Source: Zootoca vivipara (taxonomy: Eukaryota). From it: a stretch of DNA of 64,000 bases. Under the pieces are notes generated by a model, which was not told the DNA's origin, searched no databases, and saw nothing but the letters and a program-made list of their open reading frames with translations. Both the position numbers and the translations under genes were made by a program. Location of the stretch: the NCBI RefSeq assembly GCF_963506605.1, contig NC_083276.1:1302001-1366000 (forward strand), given 5' to 3'. Of this stretch, positions 47,569 through 60,284 are shown in pieces (the first letter of the stretch is position 1; every line of letters starts with the position of its first letter).

Positions 47569-48680
47569 GGCGCCCCCGGAGCCTGGGGAAAGGGAGGGGG
47601 GACACGGCGACCAAGGGGGTTATTTGTGCGCCTCTCCCCCCCACCCCGACCTGCGCAGCGACGGCCTTTGGGCGGCTCTTTCCCTCGCTCCGCGTCCCTC
47701 ACGAGACCCCCTGGTCCCCGCCTCCCTCACGGACAGGCCTTTGGTTCTCGCAGGCGCCTTTGGAGCTCCCCGCGCAGGGGAAGAACCGCCTGAATAAATC
47801 AACGGGCCACCGCTCCCCCCCAAAGGAATGTCCGCCCACGGCCTCCCCCCTCACCGCCCCGGAGTCTAGGGCCGACCTTTCGCCCTCCGCAGCCTCCCGC
47901 GCGAGGGTGCCCCTGAGCATGCACAGAGCGCGGCGCCCACTCACCGCTCCCCTCCGTCGCCGCCAGCAACGGTCGCTCGGAAGGCGCGCCAAGAGGGGCC
48001 GCCTCAGCGCGCTCCCGGCATGCAGCGCGCCTGCGCACGCGCGGCGGAAAGAGCGCCTCGTCGCCACAGGGGTCGTCGCAACGACGCTTCCGGCTGCTCT
48101 GCCTCTGCTGTAACGGAGCGGTTGTTTGCCCTCACGCCGGTCGGCTCCTGCCCATGGCTGCCAAGTTTTCCCTTTTCTCGCGAGGAAGCCTATTCAGCAA
48201 AAAGGAATTTCCCTTAAAAAAGGGAGAACTTGGCAGCTATGCGAAGGAGCCGCGGAAAAGGGGGCGGCGACCCTCGACACGCTTCGGAGCCCTTGTCCCG
48301 CATATGGCGGCGGGACGAACAGGAGCCGGAAGTTTGGGGCCGCGAAGTAGCGCCACCCCGACAACGCTTTGCGAAGAGCGCTCCGCGTCCGCGCCTCTCT
48401 GTCCCGCGCAGTGCACCCTGGGAAGAGGGCGCGGGAGAAGGAGAGGGCGCTTGACGTTGCTTAGCAACCAGAGAGCGGCCCGGCTTAGCCCAGGTGGGGG
48501 AGAAAAGGGCGGGAAAATGGGTCGAGGGCGGGGGGAGGGGAGTGCCGGAATCCTTTCCTCACAGAACAGCCCCTCCCCCCCCGCGCGGTCGTCAGTGACG
48601 GGGGGGTCGGATTAGCACGGCGATGTGGCGAAGGAGCCCCTGAGCATGCACAGAGCGCTTCCCCCCCACACACACACCTC
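47480..48680. promoter_or_regulatory. CpG island / bidirectional promoter of POLE3 and the C9orf43-like gene
   Basis: High CpG density. Motifs: NRF1 GCGCCTGCGC at 48027-48036, ETS CTTCCGG at ~48087, half-CRE TGACG at 48452 followed by RFX X-box GTTGCTTAGCAAC at 48456-48468, and GC boxes. Confidence 0.85.
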
Positions 48681-49419
48681 GGTGGTTGACTCTTTGTTCC
48701 TGTCCTTCTCAAACTCTGGGGTGCAACATTTCCTTTAAATTCGTATCCTCTTTACCTCCTCCTATCTGGAGACGCTTTGCAGCATAAGGAACAAAATTGG
48801 GGGGGGGGGGAAATCACAGCACATTTAAAAACATCAGCAACAAAATACATACTGTACAGTAGTAACAAAAACAAACTAGTTAAGATGACAGCTAAAAGAA
48901 TCAAGACAGCCTTGAAATAATGATTGTCCTGATAGCGGACTTACTTCCGAGTAGACACATATGGGATTGGCTCTTCCCTTACACACGCCACCTGTTTTAT
49001 CCGGACAACAACTCTGCAAGCTAAGTCAGGCCAGCAGAGAAAGATGGAGGGAGAGCCACCAGCCCCAGGCCATGGGGAACCAGGCAGCTTCCCATCCCAT
49101 CCGAGGCTGTTGTAATCGGTGTGCAAGGTCTTCCGGCCCTGGGCATCTCTTGGTTTAAAAAGCACGACAACTACTCTTGCACCCACATCATCTCACTTAA
49201 AAAGTTGTAGTTACAGGTAGGTAGCCGTGTTGGTCTGAGGTAGTCGAAACAAAATAAAAAAATTCCTTCCAGCAGCAAAAACACAAAAAGTTGTGTTTGC
49301 CAGGTCAGGTTTTCACCAGGGGCATCTCTGGATTGTGCCCCAATGAATGTTTTTCCATACTTTTAAATACAATATATTTTTTGCATAAGAGCCCAGTTTA
49401 AGGTGTCTTAAAGGAGGGG

Positions 49420-49457
49420 GGGGTCACGAAGAGTCGGACACGACTAAACAACAACAA
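49420..49457 (+). mobile_element. BovB/RTE 3' terminal remnant
   Basis: GGGGTCACGAAGAGTCGGACACGACTAAACAACAACAA is the characteristic BovB 3' end. Confidence 0.65.
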
Positions 49458-49989
49458 AGGAGGGGGAGGGAGTTTTTATGCATGCAGCTGTGTATTTATT
49501 CTGTAAAGCACCATGTGATCCTCGGATAAAGGCCGGTATATAAATTTGATTAAAAATGAAGTTACTTTGCCATCTTTCCCCTTTGCAAACCAGAGGAAGG
49601 TTTTGCCTTTTTTTCTTCAGGAAATAAGCAGGCTATTGGATGGGAAACGAATGGCTTGGACACCTCTTGACATGCCCTGGTTGCCTTGATCTCTGCTCAC
49701 ATGATCTGGACCAGGAAGGCTCTCTCCATCTTAATGAAGGGGAGGTTTTCTAAAGACCCAGGACTTAGCTATACAGCTGTAAAGAAAATGTTTTAAAAGT
49801 GTTGTAAAGTGCAATATACAAATGTGGCACTGACTAGATGGTAACAGTGAACTATGCAAAAATCATTGTACTTTTTCAACAACAAAATTTTTTTTAAAGC
49901 ATTTCCACAATGTTTTTTATATATGTGTGCAAATTCCACCCCAGTGGGGTTCTAACCAGCAGCAGGACAGTTACTGGCCAGCAATCTGT

Positions 49990-50107
49990 CATAGAATCAT
50001 AGAGTTGGAAGAGACCACAAGGGCTATCCAGTCCAACCCCCTGCCAAGCAGGAAACACCATCAAAGCATTCCTGACATATGCCTGTCAAGCCTCTGCTTA
50101 AAGACTC
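49990..50107 (-). mobile_element. CR1 LINE 3' terminal fragment
   Basis: Reverse complement of the 8270-8390 CR1 end. Confidence 0.85.
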
Positions 50108-50172
50108 CCTGTCCCTTCTGAAAAATTTGCTCACTGTTTCCCCTTCTTTTCAGGCTGCTCTAGAAAGCCAGG

Positions 50173-52175
50173 ATGGCGACCATCGATGCCAGTCAGTGGG
50201 ATGAAACCATTTGTGATAGGATTGCCTGCCAACACCCTCCCTGCTGGGAGACAATCCAGAGGATCGTGAAAGGGCAGCCCCGGATCATGTTGAGAAGCCT
50301 TGACTCTCCGGAGGGAGATTCCCCCGAACCTGAAGGTAAGCCAGAAAAACTCTCACCCTGCACAATACGCTAAATTTATTGATTAAATTTATATATCACC
50401 CTTCATCCGGGGAGCACAGGTTTACGGTATAAAAACACAAAAAGATGTAACATAATAACAAATAACAACAATTTAAACAACAACCCCCTCACCGTTTAAA
50501 AGGCCCAAGATGGTTATTCTTAGTTATTAAATGTATATGCTTCTGATAGAAATTGAATGCCAAACTATACTAGCCAAGTTTGACCCTATAGCTGTTGCAA
50601 GCAGTCTTCTTCTTTGGCGATCCCTCGTAGCCGAGTAAGATTGTCTTCCATAAACACGGCTTTAACAATGAGTCCGTTAGTGACTGTGGAGGCCAATTCT
50701 GGATCCACACGGCCTTCCACAGTGGGGACATTGGTTTCCGAGTGGGAGTTGATCACAGTGAGGGTTTGCCAGGCATGCCTTCCTCTTAGCACGTTTCTCC
50801 CTTGTGTCCTGAGATCGAGTGTCTTCAAAGCCCAGGACACCTTTGGTCAAGGCTGTTCTCCAACTGGAAGTCTCACCACCCATTCCTTTCTGCCTTTCCT
50901 TCTGTAGCTGGAGGGCTCTTCACTTTGGTTTTTCCATGTTTCAGATGAACTGCCAACGCTAAAGATTGTGGACCTTCCCCTCAACTATTCTCAAAGAGAT
51001 CAGATCAGATCTGCTGAAAATTTACTTTCCATCTCGAAAACTATCTCAAGCATCAAAGATTATAGAAGTTACTTTTCAGATACCACCCTGAACAATGCTT
51101 TGGTGCCCCCAATTTCGCGAATCAGGTGAGCACTTTGAGGTTTCCCATAAAAATATGTGCTTCTGGAATCACAGGCTTTGGGTGTCTGATGTGACTAATG
51201 CATTCTTTTGCTGCTTCCATGAATTAGATCCATTCTGGTGCCCTTGGGGAAAAATCCTCATGACAGCCGCCCCCCCCCCCCAGACAGAGGAGGAATCTAT
51301 AGCAGGAAAGATAACCTCCCATGACACTTGCCTGCACAACCCCCATTGAAACAAACTGGAGCTGAGCAGATACATTGCAGTATCATTATGGAAACCCCAT
51401 ATGTTTAAACGAGGCGCTTGCAACAGTTGAGCTGACTGGTGGGTTGTGCCCTGTGTCAATTCATGCTTTTGGCCATGTGGTTTTTCCCAGTTCCGAAAGG
51501 TATCCCTTCCCAGGACTGAACTCCAGGATGGAAACTCGCACTTCCCACTTCACACCGATAGAGAAAGTGAGTTCTGTGGATTGCTGGGAAGCCGGCTGTG
51601 GGTTGGGGGGTTGGAGAGAGACAGTAGGTCATGAGGGGCAACTTACACATGGCCAGGGTCCTGCTGGCTCAGTAGTACTTAGTAAGCACTTCCAGGAAGA
51701 GGCTGCTTTGCGCTGCTCTCTCTGTCTACCTGGCTGCTTCCACAAGCTTCCACAAGCATAATAGCTGAAGCATTGCCTACCAGCCCTTTGGTAGTTTATT
51801 ATTTTGCTCCATCCCCAGCCCCTCCACTGGCCCTTTAATTGGTAATTTCCCCCTAGCTTTGGATACAGTTGGCACTTTAATCGATTGCTTTCCCTTGGCA
51901 GCCTGAGTGCTCCTACCTCCTGCTTTTTAACTCCCTATATATTTTTATTACTGTGATTGCTCAATTAACGACATTGATTACTGCAGTTGCTTGATGGGAT
52001 TTCTTTGTAAGGGTGATAGAGAATTTGTAAGAAGGAAATAATATGCAAATGAAATTAATGGAGAAAAAAAGATAATATGGATTATGTGATTGGAAGTCTA
52101 GTGCACTAGGTGGGTGGTGATGGGGTATGATGTTGTGTGTGAAATGTATAATTTGTTTAATGTTTCCTTAATTTC

Positions 52176-52227
<52 letters not shown>

Positions 52228-55200
52228 TTCTCTTTATTTCTTTTTTAAGTATGAAAGATTGTATGTAAGATGATGTATGTAAATATGTAATTTTCTAATA
52301 CAATTTTTTTAAAAAATTAATTCCATCTAGCCCAACCCCCTGCTGATGCTGGAAACTCACTACAATTGCTAGTTAAATTAATTTCCTTTAACTTGCAGTT
52401 GCCAAACTTTTGGCATTACGATTGATAATAATAAGCAGCACAACTCCACATTCTTGTTATACACCTCCTGCCCAAATAATGTTTGGATATGCATAATGGG
52501 AGAGCTCATAGCCTTCCCTAAACTCCTAAAACAATCTTTATATTATACAGATTTCTTTTTATCTCACACATGCTGTTTACTTACACAGCATTGCCTGAAA
52601 CCTTGGAGAGCTCCTGACGCTGAGCTGGCTGGGCCCCAAAGGCATGACTTGGGGCAAAGCAGCTTCCTGTGTTCCTAAGCAGGCAAGAACTGTGTGTTCC
52701 TTCTTGCCAGCTACATCACAAAGATTATTTAATGGCCAGCCATGGCACTCTACCCATGAAATATCATAAACACTGACAAAAGCTGCTTCAAAAACCACTT
52801 CTTGGGAAATCTTAGTTGTGTTTTTCTAGTGACCTTTTATAAGTTCTTTGGGGGCAGTTGGCTAAACAGAGCATCTCATTTTCCCACACGTACAGATACA
52901 GGTGACAGACTTCAATGAGATTGCTGTGCACGGGCTGTGCACACACCTGCCCCCCTGTGGAAGCTTGGTGGTGACATGGGTCCCAGACAGGCGCCACAGG
53001 CTTCTGCGACCTGAGAAGCCGGCCACAAGAGGGTAGGTAGCAGGATGTGGATCCACATTGTCCCATGTGCATCTTAAGGGTTCCCCCTTGTGCTGGAGGC
53101 TTTACTGGCATGAACTTCTCTGATGGCCTATAGACCAGGCACAGTGAAGCTGACTCCCCTGGGCAGTTCCTAAATACAGAGTCTGAGGACCTTACCCTGC
53201 TAACACCTGTAGGAAATGATCCTGCTCACTTATTTTTTTCTTATATCTTTATTCTCCTTTTCAGCCAGTCTAGTCATGCCCCCCAAAAGCAGCTCACACT
53301 AATTAAAATCCAAAATTAAAACTGAATAACGCGTACTGTATGGTGAGTGGGGAGTCTCAGCTGGGTATAACAAGAAGAAGAAGAAGAAAACATTATGTCA
53401 GGGGGTTTCAGTGGCTGGTTGAGAGGGGAGTTCTCTTCTGGAGAGTTCCCCTTCCCTTCCCTTCCCTGCCTGCCTTCCTCTCCTTCTGATAGCCGCAGCA
53501 ATGGTAGCTGAAGGGCTGGGTGTAGGAAGTTGCCTTATTAGAAATGAGAGTTTGCAAGAAATTAACTGTGGGGCTTCTCTTTTATTAGAGTGCGGGTGAG
53601 AGACCTTGCTTCAGAAAGCACCCTCATGGTTGTGGAGAAGAAGGAGATGGTAAGTTGAGCTTATTGCACTGCCTAGATCTTGCTCCTGCTTTCTAGGTCA
53701 GAAGCCGCCTGCCCAAAGCGTGCTGCCTCTTTCCTTTTCTTGGTGTGCTGGCCTGGCTCCTGTGCCTTTAATGGCAGCCTGAAATGCTGAAATGTAACAT
53801 GTGAAGCTTTTGCTGGCATTGGGAGAAAGGGCTGAGGGAGCACTCTGCCTGCTACATTTTTGTTGGCTGCTGATAAAGGCAGGTGAACGTCTAGGTGTCC
53901 CACTTCCAAGCTGTTCCAAGTCTACAGCCGGGGGGAGATTCCGTCGGGCTGAATTCTGTGGCAGCAGGTGCTCAGTGATGTTGAGTTGGGAGCAAAGAGC
54001 CTGCCTGTTGCAGGGTGTTTTGTGTGAGCCGTGAGTGCCATGTGCCAGTGGGTGGGCCTGCCTTTTTCGAGCGGGTGGGAAGGGCAGAACAGAGGTGGTA
54101 GGAGCAGTGGGAGAGTGTTTGTGGCTTTCCTCCCCTCCTGCCCACTGGAATTATCTCATTTCACAGAAAAGAAAAAAATCGAATAAAGTTCCTACAGGTG
54201 GTCAGCCCTACCTCCTTCATCTAAGGAAGAAGCCAAAGGAACCTGCCAATTTGCCGAGGTCAGCTCCTAAACCACACCTCTTAAAGAGCCAGGCCTTTAT
54301 CTTGGTCCACAGGCTTTGGTATCCTGACCCCCCAAGAGCAAAGAAAACCCTCAAGAAGCCCATGAGCCTGGATGCATCACCAGCATCATCCTCCGGGGCT
54401 TGGCCAAGTTACTCCCAATTCTGCAGAAACTGCAACAGCTGGGTGGGCAGAGCATGTTCCCCATTCTGTAGTCATCATGTGCTGTTGTTTTTGCCCTAAA
54501 GTATCCTTTCAGGTAAAGAAAGGGTCCCCAAGGGAAGCCTCCTTGTGAGTAAAGAAAGGGAACCCAAGGGAGGCCTCCTGAGGGAGAAGAGCTTCTCATC
54601 CTGTCACTCGCAGCCAGCTCCTGTTGCACCCCTCCTGCCTCGCTCCAAGAGCCTCCTGCATCTAGAGAACAGGAGGGGGGAAGTGGCAGCCAGGAAGGAG
54701 GAGCTGCAGTCCCCCTTCACTGTGCAGAAGGCACCCAGTGCAAAGGTAAGCAGTAACTGGGAGGGAGTTGGTTGCGTGGGTCCATATGTTATCATTATAC
54801 TAAGGTGTGCCTTTGGCCTGATGGTCTCATGTTCAAAACTCCTATTGTGTTCAAGCGCTGTTGCTTTTCAGATGACGGCATCCTTGACACAAGGATAAAG
54901 TGGGGTAGGGGAGGCAAGCACTTCTGACTTGGCCTGAAGACCTGTGGGGCTCCAGATCTTCTGCCAGGGAGAGGAGCCCCTGCCTCCCCGCTGCAGTGCC
55001 TCATAAGAGGCTGCGGCAAAGGTGTGTAGGCTTCCTTCCCTGTGTTCGCTAGAGCAGCCACCTGTTGCTCCTTCAGCTGATGCCATGATCCAGGCCTTGC
55101 TTCTGGGGCAGGGGGTGCTCAGCAGGGGTGCAGGTTTTACCATGTGCCTCAGTGACTCCGCAGTGTTTTTGTGGAAAGGGAGAAAATGCCTTTAGTTGCC

Positions 55201-58200
55201 ACATGCAGCAACTTTTGAAACATTTTGTTGCTGTTACAGAGTCCTGTAGAATAGGAGAATCCACGCGCACAATCCACAAGTCTTTGAGAGATAAGATTAT
55301 AACCCTTGATGCCTCCTCAGTTCACCCTGCCTCTAGTACCCAGCCTGGCTTTTGTGGGTTGTTTGCATGAGGAGCACTTTGAGTCAGGCAATGTGCTTTT
55401 TTATGTGTGTGTTAATTTTTTATTATTATATGTGCTTTTGTGGTTGTAAGCCCCTTTGAGACACCTTAGTAGAATGTGATGAGTAAATGTGATAATCATA
55501 ATAGAAGCAACAACAGCACACCTTGGTGTGTCTGTGATGGGTCATTAAGAAATAGTATGCATTTATTGGCCCATCAAGCAATCCTACATGTGTTTGGTCA
55601 GAAGTGGGAGGGAACAGAGTCCGCTGGGGCCAGGAGTGAGTGAGTGCAGCTGTGGTCTCCTAAAAGCTGCACCAGACAAAACCAAATCCACCAGAGAAGA
55701 GATCCTTGTGTGGAATGAGAAGGTTCAATGGAATCCACCCTTGGACTGACCCAATAAAGACACAGCTATATTGCAATTGTGGACTGGGGGCAGGAGGGTT
55801 GCAGAAGTGGAAACTGGATGATACTTCTACATCTCCAGTTCGTTTCCGTTGCATTTTCGTTCATCTCCACCCTAGTAAGGTGGAGAAGGCACAAATATCT
55901 ATCTATCTATCTATCTATCTATTCCAAATTGGAGTTTTGTTTTGAAGTCGTACCAGGTAAGGATGTTAGTCCAGTTTCTTCTCCATCCTGTTACTGACAT
56001 GTGGTTTTGAAACTTGATGTGGCGGCGGCGGCTTAGAACCAGGTTCAATCTCACATGTTTGCTCTTGACTCGGGTGGTTTTTGTTGCATTTGGCTCACAA
56101 GAAACCCATTCAGAGGAATAATTGGTTCCAAACTGCTTTCTCTTCTCTTCTTCCTTCCCCTCCATTCTTTAGATTCCCATGAAAGAAAATCTCTTGAGAC
56201 GGACCCCAAGCCGACTAAAGTTTGCCTTAAGAGGTTTGGATAGCGTATTTCTAGCTGTAGGTACTGCCTAAATCTAGCTGTGGGGGCAGGCATCCAAGAG
56301 ATTATCTAGGAAAATCTGATCTGTGTGTTCCGGTTTTGCTCTAGACTCTGTGGCTTTCAGGCGTCCGATGCCAATGCTAGCAGAGCAGCAGGAAGGTGTG
56401 GATCCCAGTTGCAGTGGAGGAGGAGGCCTCCCAGACACGGCCCAGCTCTACCAGGAAGGCATAAGTGCTGTCAGAGCAGGACAGATTTCTCAGGTAGGTT
56501 AAGAAACTCCATTTCCTACCCATGCACCAACTGAGTATGTGGAATTTGAACAGTGGTAATCAAGATGATAGGTTTTTCGAAAAAGCAACATGGTAGAACA
56601 ACTTGCTAGAGAGTAGAGAGGTGGGCTTGCTTTGTTACTTATTAAAATGTAAGATATAGAAATGCAGGACAAGAAAAGAAAATATTTTGTAATGTGTAAT
56701 AATGAATAAAAAGGAGTGACTCCCCCTCACCAACCCATTGCATGTCTTTTCAGGGTGAATTTGAGTCTTCCATGGCCCAAATTGGGCAAAAGGTGTGAAA
56801 CAACTGGATTAGATTTTTTTTGGGGGGGGACTGTTCTCTTCTGCATAATTAAGGTTTCCATCACTCTGTCCCCCACTGGGCCATAACAGACTTTTTTAAA
56901 AAGGGTACCTCATTTATCCACCCCAGCTGATAACAACCATCCCATCTTTGAACATCCATAGACGATAGATTCTGCCTTTGGGAAAGTTCTCAGAGGACAC
57001 CATGGTGGTATTTTAAAGATGTTATTGTCCTTCGCCATGAGGGCTAGAAATGCAGACATTTCAGACACTTTAGGTTTAGTGTGTGTTTTGGTTCCCCAGT
57101 CAAATCTCTTATCTATCTTGGGCAAGCAGTCCTAAAGGGTGGGGTAGAGAGATCCACCATTGCCACTTATTCTCCTTCTCAGCCTGCAGAAAACAGCAGA
57201 ACACAGGTGGTGCCGCCGCCGCCGCCACCAGCCACGGCTGCCACTGCTGCTGATGGGCAAAAGCCCTCGGTCAAGTTTGAGTCGCACAAGAGCAGCACGG
57301 GTGCTTCGTACATGGAGGGTGAGTGCTGCCAGCACCTTCTGCCTTGTGGCAGCTCTTGCCATGCACTGTGCTGTGGAATGGAAAGGTGGGCAGGTATGTG
57401 CAGGCACACCATCTAGGGAGGGGCAGTCCCCACCCCAAAATGTAAATGTGCAGGCCAGGCCCTCACAAAGTTCTGCAGTGTCTTAACAACAGGCTAAACG
57501 AAGACCAGGCCCAAAGGGCTGTTGTTGGGGTTGGGCTGGAGAAAAAAGATGGGCAGAAGGCCAGCAGCCCCTTGGCCTGAGGCCATGGACCTCTGCAGGC
57601 CACTTTGCTTATTGAGTTGGGGTTGTTGTTGTATTGAATTGATTATCAAAAAGCCAGCAGTCAAATAACAACAGCAATGACAGATGGACCAATAATTTGC
57701 CTGAGGGTGGCGTGGAGGGGAAAAGAAAAGAGGAGATCCGCTCAGGTGCAGGAGAGCTGTTTGTTGATCCACATAACATAAGCCTCTTTTCCAGCATGTT
57801 GCACACAACAAGCTCTTTCCCAGGGGACTTTGCAAAAGGAAATGCAAGTGGCCCTAGAGGAAGGTCAGGTCTTGTGAGGCACAGGAGCACTTCCCTCACT
57901 CAGCCCAGGGATCTGCTGTGCCTCCTCTTAGTCTCTGCCTTGTGGTGCTGACGTTTGGTTGTGCTGTTTTCCTTAAGGACCTTGGAAGGGGGGGGAGCAA
58001 AGAGGAAGTGCTGTGGCAGAGGATGCAAAAGACATAGGTTTGTGTCCAGTGCTATTGCTGCTCAGAGTAGACCGATTAAAATTAATGGGCATGATCCACC
58101 GAGGTCTGCTAATTTAAATGGGTCTGCTTTGAGTGGGATTTAGCTGGATATGTCCAACAATAACAACAAATTTCTTTGAATGCATCAGTAGCAGGACACC

Positions 58201-58622
58201 CATCTCAACAAGCAGTTGGACCATTGGATGTCCAGGGAGTCCGAGATGTTCTAAAATAAGGAATTTGCAGTGAAGCCCAGTAGATCCTTGGTTTGTTCCT
58301 CAAGTGGACTGACCAGCCCCATGGTCACAGGGAGACTGTCCTCCTCCCATACACCTTTCCTGTCCTCCTCATGTTGGAAATCCTCAGGGGGCCAAGTTTT
58401 GATCACATGGCCAGGAAGTCAGCGTTATGCGCATCCCTGTCCTTGTGCCTCACTCTGTTTCTGTTTTCCTCTTCTTCCACAGCTGAGAGAGAGTTCTGGC
58501 TGAAGAGAGTGGCTCAGAAAACAGAGAAGACCCACTTGCAGTTCCAGTCCATAAATCCTCCTCCTCCTCCTCCCTCCCCACTCATGTCTGACAGCAGCGA
58601 GGAACCTCTAGACCTGGCTTGA
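50173..58622 (+). CDS. C9orf43: C9orf43-like (DUF4647-family) protein; 5' exons well supported, 3' exon chain tentative
   Basis: Exon 50173-50335 (MATIDASQWDETICDRIACQHPPCWETIQRIVKGQPRI) resembles recalled human C9orf43 ([31 protein letters not shown]). Phase-consistent exons follow at 50945-51125 (DELPTLKIVDL), 51491-51566, 52896-53032 (LVVTWVPD), 53589-53649 and 54167-? (donor unresolved). Tentative exons: 54614-54745, 56173-56260, 56345-56493, 57183-57318, 58483-58622 (TGA), with ATTAAA at 58647. Head-to-head with POLE3, as in human. Confidence 0.75.
50605..50870 (-). mobile_element. RTE-clade LINE 3' fragment
   Basis: Translation WRTALTKGV..FE...EKRAKRK...CPHCGRPCGSRIGLHSH is the C-terminal zinc-finger-like motif of RTE ORFs; short (GAA)n tail. 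Confidence 0.75.
52180..52223. repeat. (TA)n microsatellite
   Basis: About 22 uninterrupted TA units. Confidence 0.95.
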
Positions 58623-60149
58623 AGTGACACTCCGGCAGTAATTATTATTAAACCCTCAGAAATGCAGTTGCCTGTGTTATTCTGCTCCAGTTCTGCAGAG
58701 TGTGCACTGCTCTCCCACCGTTGTCTTCTCATAGTTGCTTGATGAGTCTTGCAAACGAGTTCGCAAAAGCCGCTAGCCCATGGAAAATGTTAGTAGCCCA
58801 GTCTGCCCCATCCTACCTGTTTGAATCACTTGTGGCACATGGGTGGCCTGAAAGGAAGAAAAAGGGAAATGAACAACTCTTACTGGCTTTATTCAGAAAT
58901 GTCTTTGCCTGGAAGATCCCTTTTTCTCCACAGACGACCAGAGGACACAGTGGCTGTTGAAAAGCCTGGTTTAGCGTAGATGCAACCTACATTCTAACCT
59001 AATTGTAGTGCAGAAATGTAGTTTTTCCTCAATCCAGAGTCATTCACTCTCATCATCAACATACCACTTTCGATCAAGATTGATCCTAGCATGATCCTGC
59101 CGTCTGCAAGGGTGAGTGTGGCTGCTTGATACACGTTTGGAAATGCTCCCCTTGATTAGGTTATCCACGCCTTTCCCAGGAAAGGGGGCGGGGTGGCAAT
59201 CCTGCTATATGGCCACCCACAATTTCACTGAGCAGTAGGACTGCCTACATCGGTTTGTAAGTGGACACACTGCAGAGTAACACAAAATCAATCTGCAGTG
59301 AGCTTTTATTTTTGGAATGGAACCAGTTTCTTAAGAAGTGCTTTTCAGGGGCAGGGCAAAAAATATGTGATTGATCTATATTGTGGGTGGGCTGCATAGA
59401 AAAAGCAAGCACTCGGTTTCCATTGATTGTAGGATAAAATTCTTGCATAAGGCAATGAATTAACACAAAGCAGGTGAAGCCAGTTTTTGTTTCTCCCTGC
59501 TGCTCTGAGAAGTAGGAAATTCAGGGAGGAGACTAGGGGCATCTTGAGGTTTTAGAAATAATGACCCCCTTCTCTCATGGCTTCGGATGGAGGTGCAGGC
59601 TCCCTGGGAGGAGATGGCAGACACTTTGCACTTCCCTGGTTTGTTCTTGGCTGCAGCTTGTGGCTGAGGAGGAGAGAGCAGAACCACCAACCTGAGCTTG
59701 GATGACCACCTGAGCTAAGCCATGGTTTACTGAGGAGCCACAAAGCGGGTGGGAGCTCCTGGAAGGGGCAGGCAGGACGGTTGCATAGTTTGACTTACCA
59801 TGTCACAAGGTGAACCAGTGCATTTAAAAAACGATTATTGTGTACAAATGGACAGGGAGGCCTTTCTTGGCTCCAGCCCTGCCCTGGCTGTTTCTGTTGA
59901 CATTTGCCCTGGCTGTTTCTGTTGACATTTGCACTCCATGCTGTATTCCAAGCATAGTCCCATGACAGAATTGTGCAAGAATATTGTGTTGCTGGCGGTT
60001 CTATTTTCAGTGCTTTCTCAGGCATCCCTTGTGTGGAATTTGCCCTTTTCATCGCTGGCACTGGAGCTCAAGTTCTCCTCCTGGTGTGTGTGTGTGTGTA
60101 TGTGTGATCTCCAGGTCAGATCCTTATATATATGAAGTTTCCCCAAATG

Positions 60150-60284
60150 GGCATCACTACGACCCGGAAGCTGTCTGCAGACAAACGCCGGCTCCCTCGG
60201 CCTATAGAGCAAGATGAGCGCCGCAACCCCAGAGTTGTGCATGACTGGACTTAATGGTCAGGGGTCCCTTTACCTTTACCTTTA
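60150..60284 (+). mobile_element. Sauria SINE 3' half
   Basis: GATGAGCGCCGCAACCCCAGAG...TAATGGTCAGGGGTCCC(TTTACC)n, as in 14765-14832. Confidence 0.8.
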
